NCBI RefSeq assembly: GCF_030525845.1
Contig: NZ_JAUNDY010000003.1
Location: forward strand, 72,552 to 136,551
DNA from: Moraxella sp.
GTDB lineage: Bacteria > Pseudomonadota > Gammaproteobacteria > Pseudomonadales > Moraxellaceae
DNA length: 64,000 nucleotides
Direction: 5' to 3'
Positions 29,934 to 39,554 of the stretch are shown one piece after another (the stretch's first letter is position 1; each line of letters opens with the position of its first letter). Under the pieces are notes generated by a model. The model saw only the letters and a program-made list of their open reading frames with translations, did no database searches and was not told the origin of the DNA. A program made the position numbers and the translations under genes.

Positions 29934-30830
29934 TCAATTTGTTACTTCAATCTTATCGCTATATCGCCACGTGCGAATGATTCTAAGCTCGCTAAGCCCG
30001 CCCATTTCTTCATCAAAATGACCGTAAGGAGCCGACTGGCGAACTGATTGTTTGGCGGCTTCATCCAAGACGGCTGACCCTGAGGATTCTAGCAGACGAA
30101 TGGATTTGACATGACCGTCAGGCGAGATGGATACCATCAGGCGAACATCGCCCATGATGTTATTACGGCGTGCCTCATCGGGATAATATTGGTTGGCGAT
30201 ACGCTCGACGTGACGACGAAAATTCTCCAAATACCCTGCTGCCACGCCATGGGTGGTTGCGTTGCTGTTGACGGTGTGAATGTTAGTTTTTGAAGCAAAA
30301 ACCTGCTGTTTTTGGGAAAGCTGGGCTTCCAGCGTGCGGATTTTTTTGCGGATACGCTCTTCTTGGACATCTAGGTCATTTTGTTTTTTTTCGGCATCGT
30401 TATCGTTTTGGCTGTCGGTATAACGAATAGATAGCGTGGTTCGCAGATAGCTTTCTTGGTAGGCTTGTTGGCGGGTCTGTTTTTCAAGATTAATGATGTC
30501 TTGGGTGTCCTCCATCTCATCGCTACTATCAGGGCTTATCATGGTTGTCTCTTGGCGTAACTGCTGACGCACCTCGCCACCCCCTTCTTGACTGGCATTC
30601 GCCACAAAACGTGCATCTTCGTTTTTTTCTTTATTCTGTTCTAAAACAGACGCGACCTCCTGTGCCATCTCATCAGGTACTACCCCAGCACTAAATCCAA
30701 TCCCAAAAATCACAAACGCATGCACCGCCACCGCAATCACGGTCGCCATCGGCATGTCTAAGTTTTTGTTGTCTAGGGCATTTTGAAGGTTTTGCAAAAA
30801 ACCATCTTTGGGTAGGCTAGGCACGAACAA
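29934..30830 (-). CDS. TonB-family energy-transducer (TonB/TolA-like C-terminal domain)
   Basis: N-terminal TM; Q/E-rich linker rather than Pro-rich; C-terminal 'YPDEARRNNIMGDVRLMVSISPDGHVKSIRLLESSGSAVLDEAA' TonB_C-like. Confidence 0.5.
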   Translation of the reverse strand: MFVPSLPKDGFLQNLQNALDNKNLDMPMATVIAVAVHAFVIFGIGFSAGVVPDEMAQEVASVLEQNKEKNEDARFVANASQEGGGEVRQQLRQETTMISPDSSDEMEDTQDIINLEKQTRQQAYQESYLRTTLSIRYTDSQNDNDAEKKQNDLDVQEERIRKKIRTLEAQLSQKQQVFASKTNIHTVNSNATTHGVAAGYLENFRRHVERIANQYYPDEARRNNIMGDVRLMVSISPDGHVKSIRLLESSGSAVLDEAAKQSVRQSAPYGHFDEEMGGLSELRIIRTWRYSDKIEVTN

Positions 30831-30928
30831 TCCTATGATTTATAAAATCTTGTTATTCTACCTTATTTTTATCAAGCTGAAAAGTCCAACACTTCCCAAA
30901 TAAAACAATAAAATCATGCATAAAATAG

Positions 30929-30957
30929 ATGACAACACCCAAAAAACCTGCTATAAT
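30929..30957 (+). promoter_or_regulatory. Sigma70-type promoter for tRNA-Ser
   Basis: ATGACA (-35), 17-nt spacer, TATAAT (-10) about 10 nt upstream of the tRNA 5' end. Confidence 0.5.
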
Positions 30958-30968
30958 CTGCCCCCATT

Positions 30969-31059
30969 GGTGATGTGGCTGAGTGGTCGAAAGCGCACGC
31001 CTGGAAAGTGTGTATACGTTAATAGCGTATCGAGAGTTCGAATCTCTCCATCACCGCCA
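30969..31059 (+). tRNA. tRNA-Ser (anticodon GGA)
   Basis: Near-identical to my recollection of E. coli tRNA-Ser(GGA); long variable arm; ends CCA. Confidence 0.9.
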
Positions 31060-31065
31060 TATATA

Positions 31066-31097
31066 AGCCCCCACGTTACAGTTGGGGGCTTTTTGTT
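31066..31097 (+). terminator. Rho-independent terminator after tRNA-Ser
   Basis: agccccca / tgggggct 8-bp stem plus TTTT. Confidence 0.7.
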
Positions 31098-31108
31098 GAA
31101 TATCTACC

Positions 31109-31411
31109 TCATTCACACTCTTCATCTTCTAATGCCAGCCGATGAATATAGCGTTCAAATAAAAACGGTGCAAAAGGTAGAACTGACGCAACAAGTCCAA
31201 TAATAAAGACTTTGAGCGACCATTGTCGTAACTGACAAACAACCAATAGTACCACGATAAAAGCAATAAACAACACACCATGTGCCATACCTGCATACGG
31301 CACTAAAAATGGCTTATCAAATTTATACTTTAATGGCATGGCGATGCCAAGCAAGACAATAAACGAAACGCCTTCCAAAAAGCTAATTAGACGAAGGTGG
31401 GTGGGGGTCAT
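31109..31411 (-). CDS. Small membrane protein (DUF3817-like), hypothetical
   Basis: 100 aa, 3 TM helices. Confidence 0.4.
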   Translation of the reverse strand: MTPTHLRLISFLEGVSFIVLLGIAMPLKYKFDKPFLVPYAGMAHGVLFIAFIVVLLVVCQLRQWSLKVFIIGLVASVLPFAPFLFERYIHRLALEDEECE

Positions 31412-31431
31412 GGTTGTTTCCTGTTTTAAAC

Positions 31432-32403
31432 TTATTTTAATAAACGGATTTGGGTCTTATCATCATTTAATTCAAAATGTTTACTGTTAATATGTTTGAA
31501 CATATCTTCGGCACTTGCAAAACCACATTTCTCTGGGTTAATCCTAATGTTTTCGTATAATGTTGTGAAATCCACCCATTGCTCAACGCCGTAGCGAGTT
31601 CTAATAACTTTCTCCACAACATTCTCAAATATTTCCAATTGATACTTCCATTCCAAAAAAGTTCTCACAAGAGAAAAAACATAATCTTTTGCTTCATCCA
31701 AAGAAAAACAATTTTTTTTATCAGTTTTCTTCGTGGTAACACCATGCCTAGACAGCAAACCAACAACACTAAAATTGTTAGCTGGTTTGGTTAACTTATC
31801 TTTATCTGTTTTGAATTCTTCAAGATTTGGATAATTAGCACTCTCCGCAAAAGTAATTAAAGACTCATAAATTTTATACAAGTTAGCCCAATCATTATCA
31901 AAATACACAAGTTTCAATAAAATATAGACATCAGCAAATTTTTTTTCATCATTTACCACCTCTTCTATTGATTTGTTTGATAAATACAATAAAGCATTAA
32001 AACCAAAAACCCTTAAAATATCATCTTTATCAATCAGGGAGCTTACATTACTATCATTCCAAGCATTGTGCAATGTGTAGTTTTCAATCTCAAACTCACC
32101 CATATATTTTGTAAAAATAGAATCATTTTTTATTAATTCTATTCTATTTAACTCCTGATATGATGACAAATGATAGTAATCATCATATAGTTTGTAATAG
32201 GCTTTGAGTAACTGTAGTAGCTCTCCTGCTACCAAGAAAGCTTCATCTTCACTAAGGTTGGCTGACAGCAGCGGGCTGGTAGCCCTATAATCCTGCAAGC
32301 TACAATCAAGCATAATATCAATACTATCATGGACGGAAAATACCCCCCCCTGTATATGAGTCAAAGCTTTCAACTCTTTGCGTTTGAGGCAATCTAATTT
32401 CAT
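31432..32403 (-). CDS. Hypothetical cytoplasmic protein, low GC (orphan islet gene next to tRNA-Ser)
   Basis: ~323 aa from 'MKLDCLKRK'; the longer ORF start would overlap the topA 3' end; AT-rich codon usage; no recognisable motifs. Confidence 0.4.
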   Translation of the reverse strand: MKLDCLKRKELKALTHIQGGVFSVHDSIDIMLDCSLQDYRATSPLLSANLSEDEAFLVAGELLQLLKAYYKLYDDYYHLSSYQELNRIELIKNDSIFTKYMGEFEIENYTLHNAWNDSNVSSLIDKDDILRVFGFNALLYLSNKSIEEVVNDEKKFADVYILLKLVYFDNDWANLYKIYESLITFAESANYPNLEEFKTDKDKLTKPANNFSVVGLLSRHGVTTKKTDKKNCFSLDEAKDYVFSLVRTFLEWKYQLEIFENVVEKVIRTRYGVEQWVDFTTLYENIRINPEKCGFASAEDMFKHINSKHFELNDDKTQIRLLK

Positions 32404-32420
32404 AGCGATTATTATAAAAA

Positions 32421-35108
32421 TTATCCATTTACCCACGCCCCATTTCTCCACACAAGTGCAAACTTAGTCGCCTTACCGTCCTTTTCCGAGCCGACATATT
32501 GCTCTGACGATTTACGAGACCAACGCACAATCGTTGGATTGCCGTCCGTGTCCACTTCTGGGGCGGTCAGTAGGTAGTGAAATTTGGGGTCAAGTTCGCC
32601 TTGCACCGTTTTTAATTCACTCACTTTGGGCGGGCGGGTTTCACGCACTTTGGGGAATTTGCTTGCCGCCAAAAACAAGCCTGCCGCCCCTTCTCGCAGT
32701 ACAAAATGGTCATCAAAACGAGCTGAACGCAAATGGGGCATAGCGATAGCGGTCATTCGTGGCGGAGCGGCTTCGCCATTTTTTAAGACTTTACGAGTAT
32801 TGTCGCATTTTTGGCAAGCAAAATACGCCCCAAACCGCCCTGTTTTTAGCTCCATTTGCCCATCGCATTTGTCGCAGTCTATGGTTGGAGCGTCCGATTT
32901 GCCTGCTTGCTCAAACACCCCTTTTTCCAAAAGATAGCCATCGCAGTCAGGGTTATTGCCACAAATGTGCAGTTTCAATCCACCGTCCACAATGTAGCCG
33001 TCCATTGCCGTGTGGCATTTGGGACAGCGTTTTTTGGTCAATAGGTCAGCAATTTCATCGGTGGTGTCATCCTCGTCAAGCCCCTTTAAAGCCTGACTGG
33101 CAAACGCCTCCACCGCCATTAGGTTTTTGGTACCTTTACAACGCTCTTTGGGTGGTAGGTTGTAGCCCGTACAGCCCAAAAACACCCCCGTTCCGCCCGT
33201 GCGAATCTGCATTGGGCGGTCGCACAGCTCACAATGGACATCAGGCACATCGGTTGGGTTGTTGGGTCGCATACCGTCTTTGCCTTTGGCGATTTCTAAT
33301 TTGCCCTTAAAATCGCCATAAAATTCATCAAGCACTGTTTTGTAATTTTGCTCGCCATTGGCAACATTATCCAGCTTATCCTCCAAACTTGCCGTAAAGC
33401 TATAATCCATCAAATCAGGAAAACTCTGTGTCAAGCGGTCGGTAACAATGTCGCCCATTTTCTCGGCAAATAGCCGTTTGTTTTCGGTGCGAACATAGCC
33501 CCGCTCTTGAATGGTGGAGATGATGGAGGCATAGGTGGACGGTCGCCCAATGCCTCGTTTTTCAAGCTCTTTGACCAAACTTGCCTCGGTGTATCTGGCA
33601 GGTGGTTTGGTAAAATGCTGGCTTGGGTTTATGCCATCCACCACCAAAGTGTCGCCCACTTTGACATCAGGCAAAAGCACATCGTCCGACTTAGCAGGGG
33701 GATTGACCCTTGTATAGCCATCAAAGGTCATCACTCGCCCCTTTGCCCGCAGTTCCACATCGGCTGACTTGACGGTCAAGGTGGCGGATTGATATTGAGC
33801 AGGGGTCATCTGACAGGCGACAAACTGCTTCCAAATCAGCTCATACAAGCGTTTGGCATCTTGCTCCACATCTTTTAAATCTTTTGCTTGCACCAAGACA
33901 TTACTGGGGCGAATCGCCTCGTGAGCTTCTTGGGCGTTTTGTTTATTGCCATAGACATTGGGCGATTTGGGCAAATACTTATCGCCAAAATTTAACCCAA
34001 TAAACTCCCTGACAGCCGTCAATGCGTCCGCACTCAAAAAAGTGCTGTCGGTACGCATATAGGTAATATGCCCTGCTTCGTACAGGCGTTGGGCTAGGAG
34101 CATTGTTTTTTTGACATTAAAGCCAAGCCGAGTACTCGCCGACTGCTGTAAGGTAGAGGTAATAAAGGGGGCAGACGGCTTGGAACTGGTGGGCTTTTCG
34201 TCTCGCTCACTGACAATAAAGGGGTTATTTTTTAAAATATCAACGACTTGTAGGGTTTGGCTTTCGTTTTTTAAATTCAGCTCTTTGCCGTTTTGTTTGA
34301 CCGCCTCTAAGCGAATGATTTCGCTAGATTTTTCTTGGTGAGTGTCGGCAAAAATTTGCCAATATTCTTCTGGGACAAAGGCTCGAATTTCCCGCTCTTT
34401 TTCTACCACAAGGCGAGTTGCCACGCTTTGCACACGCCCAGCCGACAAGCCCCGAGCGACTTTCGCCCACAAAAGGGGCGAGACCATAAAGCCGACCACA
34501 CGGTCAAGAAAACGCCGTGCTTGCTGAGCATTGACCCTGTCCATATTGAGCGTTTCGGGGTTGTTAAAGGCTTCGGTAATGGCGTTTTTGGTGATTTCGT
34601 TAAAGACCACACGGCGGTATTTGCTGTCCGCTCCACCAATCACTTCCTTTAAATGCCACGCAATCGCCTCCCCTTCTCGGTCAAGGTCAGTCGCCAGATA
34701 AATGGTATCGGCACTTTTGGCAAGGGCTTTTAACTCTTTGATAACTTTGGTTTTATTGGGCAAAATCTCATACACCGCCTTCCAGCCGTTTTCGGGGTCC
34801 ACGCCCATTCTGCGGACGAGTGCTTGCTGGGCTTTTTCTTCACGGCTTAGTTTGACTTCGCTGTCTTTTTCTTTGGTTTTGGCGGTGTCCTTATCCGCAC
34901 CCCCTGCTGTTTGTGAAGAGACAGGCAAATCACGGATATGCCCCACGCTCGACCGCACGACATAGTTTGACCCCAAATATTTGTTGATGGTTTTGGCTTT
35001 GGCGGGTGATTCCACGATGACAAGGGATTTGCCTTTTGCGGTGGGGGTGTCCACCACATCGTCCTGATTGTTGGTTTTTTTGGAGGTGGTTTTTTTGGGA
35101 AGTACCAT
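32421..35108 (-). CDS. topA: DNA topoisomerase I
   Basis: 895 aa; TOPRIM N-terminus; C-terminal zinc-ribbon Cys clusters. Confidence 0.9.
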   Translation of the reverse strand: MVLPKKTTSKKTNNQDDVVDTPTAKGKSLVIVESPAKAKTINKYLGSNYVVRSSVGHIRDLPVSSQTAGGADKDTAKTKEKDSEVKLSREEKAQQALVRRMGVDPENGWKAVYEILPNKTKVIKELKALAKSADTIYLATDLDREGEAIAWHLKEVIGGADSKYRRVVFNEITKNAITEAFNNPETLNMDRVNAQQARRFLDRVVGFMVSPLLWAKVARGLSAGRVQSVATRLVVEKEREIRAFVPEEYWQIFADTHQEKSSEIIRLEAVKQNGKELNLKNESQTLQVVDILKNNPFIVSERDEKPTSSKPSAPFITSTLQQSASTRLGFNVKKTMLLAQRLYEAGHITYMRTDSTFLSADALTAVREFIGLNFGDKYLPKSPNVYGNKQNAQEAHEAIRPSNVLVQAKDLKDVEQDAKRLYELIWKQFVACQMTPAQYQSATLTVKSADVELRAKGRVMTFDGYTRVNPPAKSDDVLLPDVKVGDTLVVDGINPSQHFTKPPARYTEASLVKELEKRGIGRPSTYASIISTIQERGYVRTENKRLFAEKMGDIVTDRLTQSFPDLMDYSFTASLEDKLDNVANGEQNYKTVLDEFYGDFKGKLEIAKGKDGMRPNNPTDVPDVHCELCDRPMQIRTGGTGVFLGCTGYNLPPKERCKGTKNLMAVEAFASQALKGLDEDDTTDEIADLLTKKRCPKCHTAMDGYIVDGGLKLHICGNNPDCDGYLLEKGVFEQAGKSDAPTIDCDKCDGQMELKTGRFGAYFACQKCDNTRKVLKNGEAAPPRMTAIAMPHLRSARFDDHFVLREGAAGLFLAASKFPKVRETRPPKVSELKTVQGELDPKFHYLLTAPEVDTDGNPTIVRWSRKSSEQYVGSEKDGKATKFALVWRNGAWVNG

Positions 35109-35198
35109 GAGTCGCTCTATCTGCTTAGTCTAAAATGCCCACTTTATAAAATGGCTTTATGAATTTGTCAAGGTTTTAATAAATAATTTAACAAATTT

Positions 35199-35675
35199 TT
35201 AGGGTTGATTGCCCATTTCCACCAAAAATGCCTGCAACTGCATCAAATCTTGCTCGATCACTGTCATGGCATGTTCATCTCTGACCGAAAAACTTTTGAC
35301 ATACGGCTCATCTTGCCAATAAATCGTAACACAGTTTGCCTTTGACATGACCCCTTTAATGTAAGCCTCACAAAACTTAGGAGGCAAGATGTCTGATACA
35401 GCATCGCCCTGCCACGCACCATCTGTCCACACTAAATACCGTGCAGGCAACCGCCATTCATCATTGATGAGGGTGTATTGGGCTATCATGCCACCTTTAT
35501 CCGCCACCCCGACAAGCCAGTCAGGTATGGGTACAAGTTTGGGGTTTAGGTCTAATTTGCGAGCAAACAACCTCATGTCGCCGACACGCACCTCGCTTGC
35601 CTTTGGCTTTAAGCCCATGATGTTGCCAATCACAAACAAGATGGCAGCAACGACCACCAATGTGCTAATGCTCAT
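35199..35675 (-). CDS. Hypothetical membrane-anchored protein
   Basis: 158 aa; N-terminal TM then a soluble domain; 4-bp overlap with the upstream receiver gene. Confidence 0.4.
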   Translation of the reverse strand: MSISTLVVVAAILFVIGNIMGLKPKASEVRVGDMRLFARKLDLNPKLVPIPDWLVGVADKGGMIAQYTLINDEWRLPARYLVWTDGAWQGDAVSDILPPKFCEAYIKGVMSKANCVTIYWQDEPYVKSFSVRDEHAMTVIEQDLMQLQAFLVEMGNQP

Positions 35676-36061
35676 AAAGAACGGTTTTTGGATTTTTTGG
35701 CAAGCTCTGCCAGTTTTTTGATGGCATTTACAAGCTTCTCATCAGAAAATGGCTTATAAATAAACCCCCTAGCCCCAGCTTGTAAGGCTTGCAAGGCCGT
35801 CATGCGATCAGACATCGCCGATACCACCAAAATATTCACATCGTCCTTTTTAGCAACGATACGCTTAATACATTCTAATCCATCCATCTGTGGCATGACC
35901 AAATCCATGATGATGAGCTTTGGACGGTACTGCTCATACTTTAACACTGCGTCCGCTCCGTTATTGGCTATCGCCACCACCTCAATATTCGTCTCTTCAA
36001 AACAGCGTTCGATGCGATTACAAATCACACTCGAATCATCTACAATCATCAATTCATTCAT
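35672..36061 (-). CDS. CheY-like single-domain response regulator (receiver only)
   Basis: 'MIVDDSSV', 'IIMDLVMPQMDG', 'VSAMS', 'YKPF' receiver motifs; 129 aa. Confidence 0.85.
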   Translation of the reverse strand: MNELMIVDDSSVICNRIERCFEETNIEVVAIANNGADAVLKYEQYRPKLIIMDLVMPQMDGLECIKRIVAKKDDVNILVVSAMSDRMTALQALQAGARGFIYKPFSDEKLVNAIKKLAELAKKSKNRSL

Positions 36062-36085
36062 AACTTTCTCTATGCTTATTGGGTC

Positions 36086-38182
36086 TTATTCTGGATTAAA
36101 ATTCAGGGTGATTTTGGTGCTCATGCCACGATTGCTATCTACTTGCACCTTGCCCTCCATCTCTTTTACCCACTCACGCACCACATCCATGCCTACACCA
36201 CGTCCAGCATCTTCACTAAGCGTCTTGGCGGTGGAGAGTCCAGAGCGGAAAATCAGCGGATATAGTTTGCTGTCAGGTACATTTGCCAATGCCTCAGCGG
36301 TTGCCATGCCAAGTTCCACCGCTTTTTGACGCAAAGCATCTACGTCCACGCCTGCCCCATCGTCCATGATACTCATACGAAGCTGATTGCCATAGTTAGC
36401 CAACATAAGTGTGATTTGCCCCACTGGGTTTTTGCCGACCTGTCTTCTACCCTCAGGTGTCTCGATACCGTGTGCGATGGCATTTTTAAGAAGCTGAATG
36501 CCCACATCTTGACAAAACTTCATCGCCTTTTCGCTCATGGCAATCTCGTCAAATCCTGTAACGTTTAAGGTTACTTGCTTGCCTTGGCGTGTGGCGACCT
36601 GCTGGGCGTAGTCAGCAAAATAAGCCGTCCATGGTGCTTGCGATGTTGGTACTTCTGTTGCTTGCTGGGTGTTATCCACAAATGTATCAACCCCAGCAAA
36701 ACCCTCTGTCTGCACTTGATTTTGAGCTTGACCGACATTGGCTAGGCGATCAAGCAGTTTTTCAACAAATTGGGTCAAATCCAAAACATCATTTAAGACC
36801 ACCGCAAAACCCAAAAAGTCCTGCCCCACCACCGTATTTTGTTTGCGTAAAATTGCAAGTTCGGTTTCGCCTTTTTCGGCAAGTTTGACAAAGCTTTCCA
36901 TCTTGATGGCAGATGCCTCGCCTTTTAGGGCATGCATTTTACGAAGCAGGGTCTGGGCTTTATTGTGTAGCTGTCCTTCGTTACGCAAAATCTCATTCAT
37001 CTCATCGACACGCTCATAGGTACTGGCAATGAAGCGATTGAGCAGATGAACATCAATATTGAGAATATGCCCCATCATCTCCATCTGGCGGTCATGCTGG
37101 GCTTTTTCGCTCTCCAAGGTTTTTTCAAGTACGGCAGAGTCGGTTACATCAACCACGTTGACAAAGATTTGTTTGGCATCATCTTCTTCATCTTCGTGTA
37201 CCCTTAAAAAGCTAAATGACAAATATTTAACGATGGGTTCGCCCTCTTCACTCAAAAAGCCCACACGCACCTTTTTGAGTGGGTTTAGGTCATCAATCAA
37301 CTCTGACACCACCCATGGATTATGCAGCTGCTCAATAAACAGCTTAGTTTCAGCAAGTTCCTGCGAGCCAATCATGTCTTTTAGCAAATCAAGTAACGTC
37401 CTACCTGCAATATCATGACGACACAAAATCGTCTCTAAGTTTTTGGAATACGACTCTGCCACCACAAAATTTCTGTCAATCAAGAATAGACCTTCTTGTA
37501 CTGTATCCAAGATATTGGCAGTTTGGCGACGTGCTTGCCTAATAGCATCATCAGACTGTCCGATTTTTTTGAGGAAATAAAAGAAAAACCACGAAATATA
37601 CAAAAACATCAAAATCACACCGATAATCAATGTGGATTTAGCAAATTTCGCCCAATACTCACTCTTGTTTAGTTGATTGTTCCAAATTTCATCAAAGAGT
37701 GTATACAGCTGATTCTTGTCCTCATAAATAGATTTCGCCAAAGCAGTGACGTCGCTATCTGCACTCAATGCACTTAGTTGTTTTTCATAATTTTTATCCC
37801 AAGATTTGATTTTTTGGTAGTTGGCAACATCCTCTTCATCTTCTAGCTTAATGATGGATAAGATACTACCATCATCATAATAATAATCTCCACCAGTACC
37901 AAACAGCTCAATGTACTTATCAATAGCTCGATGACTGGTAATGACTTCGTTCATCGCTATTTTTTTCTCTTCTGGGGTTTGAGCGATTTGCCATCTTTGA
38001 GTGTGTAGATTGAGATTATAAAACTCATCACTGAGTTTGCCGATGCCATCATTGATATTGGTATAATACAAGGACTGATGAGTGGCGTAGTAATTTAACC
38101 CAAGCAAAGTTGTGATTAGCACCACAAAGATAATTAACGAAAAAAATAGGTTTTTATATCTAGAATGTAATAAGCCACCCAT
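36086..38182 (-). CDS. Membrane sensor kinase with periplasmic sensor domain, Hpt (CheA-P1-like) and HATPase_c domains; lacks HisKA/DHp and CheW domains
   Basis: TM1 at ~aa 12-30 and TM2 at ~aa 176-196; 'MHALKGEASAIKMESF' Hpt His motif; C-terminal G1/G2 ATPase boxes 'DDGAGVD...GRGVGMDVV'. Confidence 0.75.
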   Translation of the reverse strand: MGGLLHSRYKNLFFSLIIFVVLITTLLGLNYYATHQSLYYTNINDGIGKLSDEFYNLNLHTQRWQIAQTPEEKKIAMNEVITSHRAIDKYIELFGTGGDYYYDDGSILSIIKLEDEEDVANYQKIKSWDKNYEKQLSALSADSDVTALAKSIYEDKNQLYTLFDEIWNNQLNKSEYWAKFAKSTLIIGVILMFLYISWFFFYFLKKIGQSDDAIRQARRQTANILDTVQEGLFLIDRNFVVAESYSKNLETILCRHDIAGRTLLDLLKDMIGSQELAETKLFIEQLHNPWVVSELIDDLNPLKKVRVGFLSEEGEPIVKYLSFSFLRVHEDEEDDAKQIFVNVVDVTDSAVLEKTLESEKAQHDRQMEMMGHILNIDVHLLNRFIASTYERVDEMNEILRNEGQLHNKAQTLLRKMHALKGEASAIKMESFVKLAEKGETELAILRKQNTVVGQDFLGFAVVLNDVLDLTQFVEKLLDRLANVGQAQNQVQTEGFAGVDTFVDNTQQATEVPTSQAPWTAYFADYAQQVATRQGKQVTLNVTGFDEIAMSEKAMKFCQDVGIQLLKNAIAHGIETPEGRRQVGKNPVGQITLMLANYGNQLRMSIMDDGAGVDVDALRQKAVELGMATAEALANVPDSKLYPLIFRSGLSTAKTLSEDAGRGVGMDVVREWVKEMEGKVQVDSNRGMSTKITLNFNPE

Positions 38183-38350
38183 GTACTCACCTTTATTTTA
38201 TCAGCACAATTATGATAGAGGTTAAATTATCCCACACCAAATCAGCCAATCTGACCGACTTAGATTTTAAGGATGGAAGCTCACACATTTTATACTAAAA
38301 TCTTAAAATATTCTAACATTAATTTGATGACTGATGGTTTTTTGACAAAA

Positions 38351-38378
38351 TAAAAACAGCCCAATGATTTGGGCTGCT
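38351..38378 (-). terminator. Rho-independent terminator after the Roadblock gene (minus strand)
   Basis: cagcccaa-tgat-ttgggctg stem with TTTTT on the minus strand; separates the GTPase unit from the kinase unit. Confidence 0.55.
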
Positions 38379-38470
38379 TACAAAATGCCTAACGGTTAAA
38401 ATGACCATGCACAGAGACGATGACCATTTTAAAATTTGGAGTGTATTTGCCGTGCTGGTTATGTGGTTTC

Positions 38471-38911
38471 TTATTTGCCGTGATACAAGCCGTCAAGCTC
38501 GACCAAACGAGCAGTAGCTTTATTCATGGCATGCATGATTTGACCAAGCAGCACTTGCTGTCTTGTAACCACAATCAAAATCATTGGCTGGTTGGCATTA
38601 GGCACAGAACCAATCATGATTTTACCATTTTCGGCATCTAAAATCACAGAACGGCAACCTGTCAACTGAGCCTCACTCGTCAAGGCCTGCACCAATGCCA
38701 AAATGGATGAGCCAACTGCCGAGAGCTTATTACCATCATAATTTTTTTGAAAAATGGACGACACTTCAAAACCATCTGACGATGCCAAAAGTACGCCATC
38801 TACACCAGCGGTCGAATGCACCAACTCATGCAAGACTTCTTTTGAGATGGTAATAAACTGTTCGGCAGGCTTAACACGATTAGAATCCAACTTAAAGGGA
38901 CTAAGACTCAT
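38471..38911 (-). CDS. Roadblock/LC7 domain protein (MglB/CvnB-like)
   Basis: 146 aa; 'GVDGVLLASSDGFEVSS' Roadblock core. Confidence 0.75.
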   Translation of the reverse strand: MSLSPFKLDSNRVKPAEQFITISKEVLHELVHSTAGVDGVLLASSDGFEVSSIFQKNYDGNKLSAVGSSILALVQALTSEAQLTGCRSVILDAENGKIMIGSVPNANQPMILIVVTRQQVLLGQIMHAMNKATARLVELDGLYHGK

Positions 38912-38959
38912 TAATTTGCTCCAATATTTTTTATAAAATCATTTGGGTTGCTGCGAGGT

Positions 38960-39484
38960 TTATACCTGCTCCAAGCTTGCAATGATACTCTCAACAAGCA
39001 ACAACACATCTTCACGCTTACGCATGTCCACAGGAAATAGCGGTAAATTGCGTCCAATGCTCGCCAAATAATCACGATAGATAGAAAATTCACGCTCAGG
39101 CTTTTTATCCACTTGACTAATGCCTAGTACAATGCGTCCCTCATAAATACCATCAAAGGTTTTTAGGTAGTGTGCCAAATCTGCCACAGGGTCTTGGGCA
39201 GAGTGGTCAATTAAAATCACAACCCCCAAAGCACCTTGTGAGAGAATGGGCCAAATGAAATTAAAGCGTTCTTGTCCCGGTGTGCCATACAGCCCAATAC
39301 TCGCCCCACCCTCAATGATAAGCTCGCCATAATCCATGCCAACCGTTGTGAGCAATTTGGCATTGGTATCAAGGTCGGTATTCATGACCTCTGTGGATAC
39401 CACAGGAATGTCAGACAAACTAGAGATGGCTTGGGTCTTACCTGCACCCATTGGACCGCTAAACACAATTTTTAAACGTTGCAT
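38960..39484 (-). CDS. Ras-like small GTPase (MglA/CvnD-like)
   Basis: 174 aa; P-loop 'GPMGAGKT', switch-II 'GTPGQERF'; no canonical NKxD. Confidence 0.75.
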   Translation of the reverse strand: MQRLKIVFSGPMGAGKTQAISSLSDIPVVSTEVMNTDLDTNAKLLTTVGMDYGELIIEGGASIGLYGTPGQERFNFIWPILSQGALGVVILIDHSAQDPVADLAHYLKTFDGIYEGRIVLGISQVDKKPEREFSIYRDYLASIGRNLPLFPVDMRKREDVLLLVESIIASLEQV

Positions 39485-39554
39485 AATGCTACCTAAATGA
39501 TTTGATGTATTTTATTACAAAAAGCGTGAATATTCAATGCGGAAGACGCACCAA

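Noticed and set aside
38420-38641. 73-aa plus-strand ORF in the kinase/Roadblock intergenic region
   Set aside because: Overlaps the Roadblock gene 3' end on the opposite strand and the terminator hairpin; Cys/Leu-rich with no RBS.
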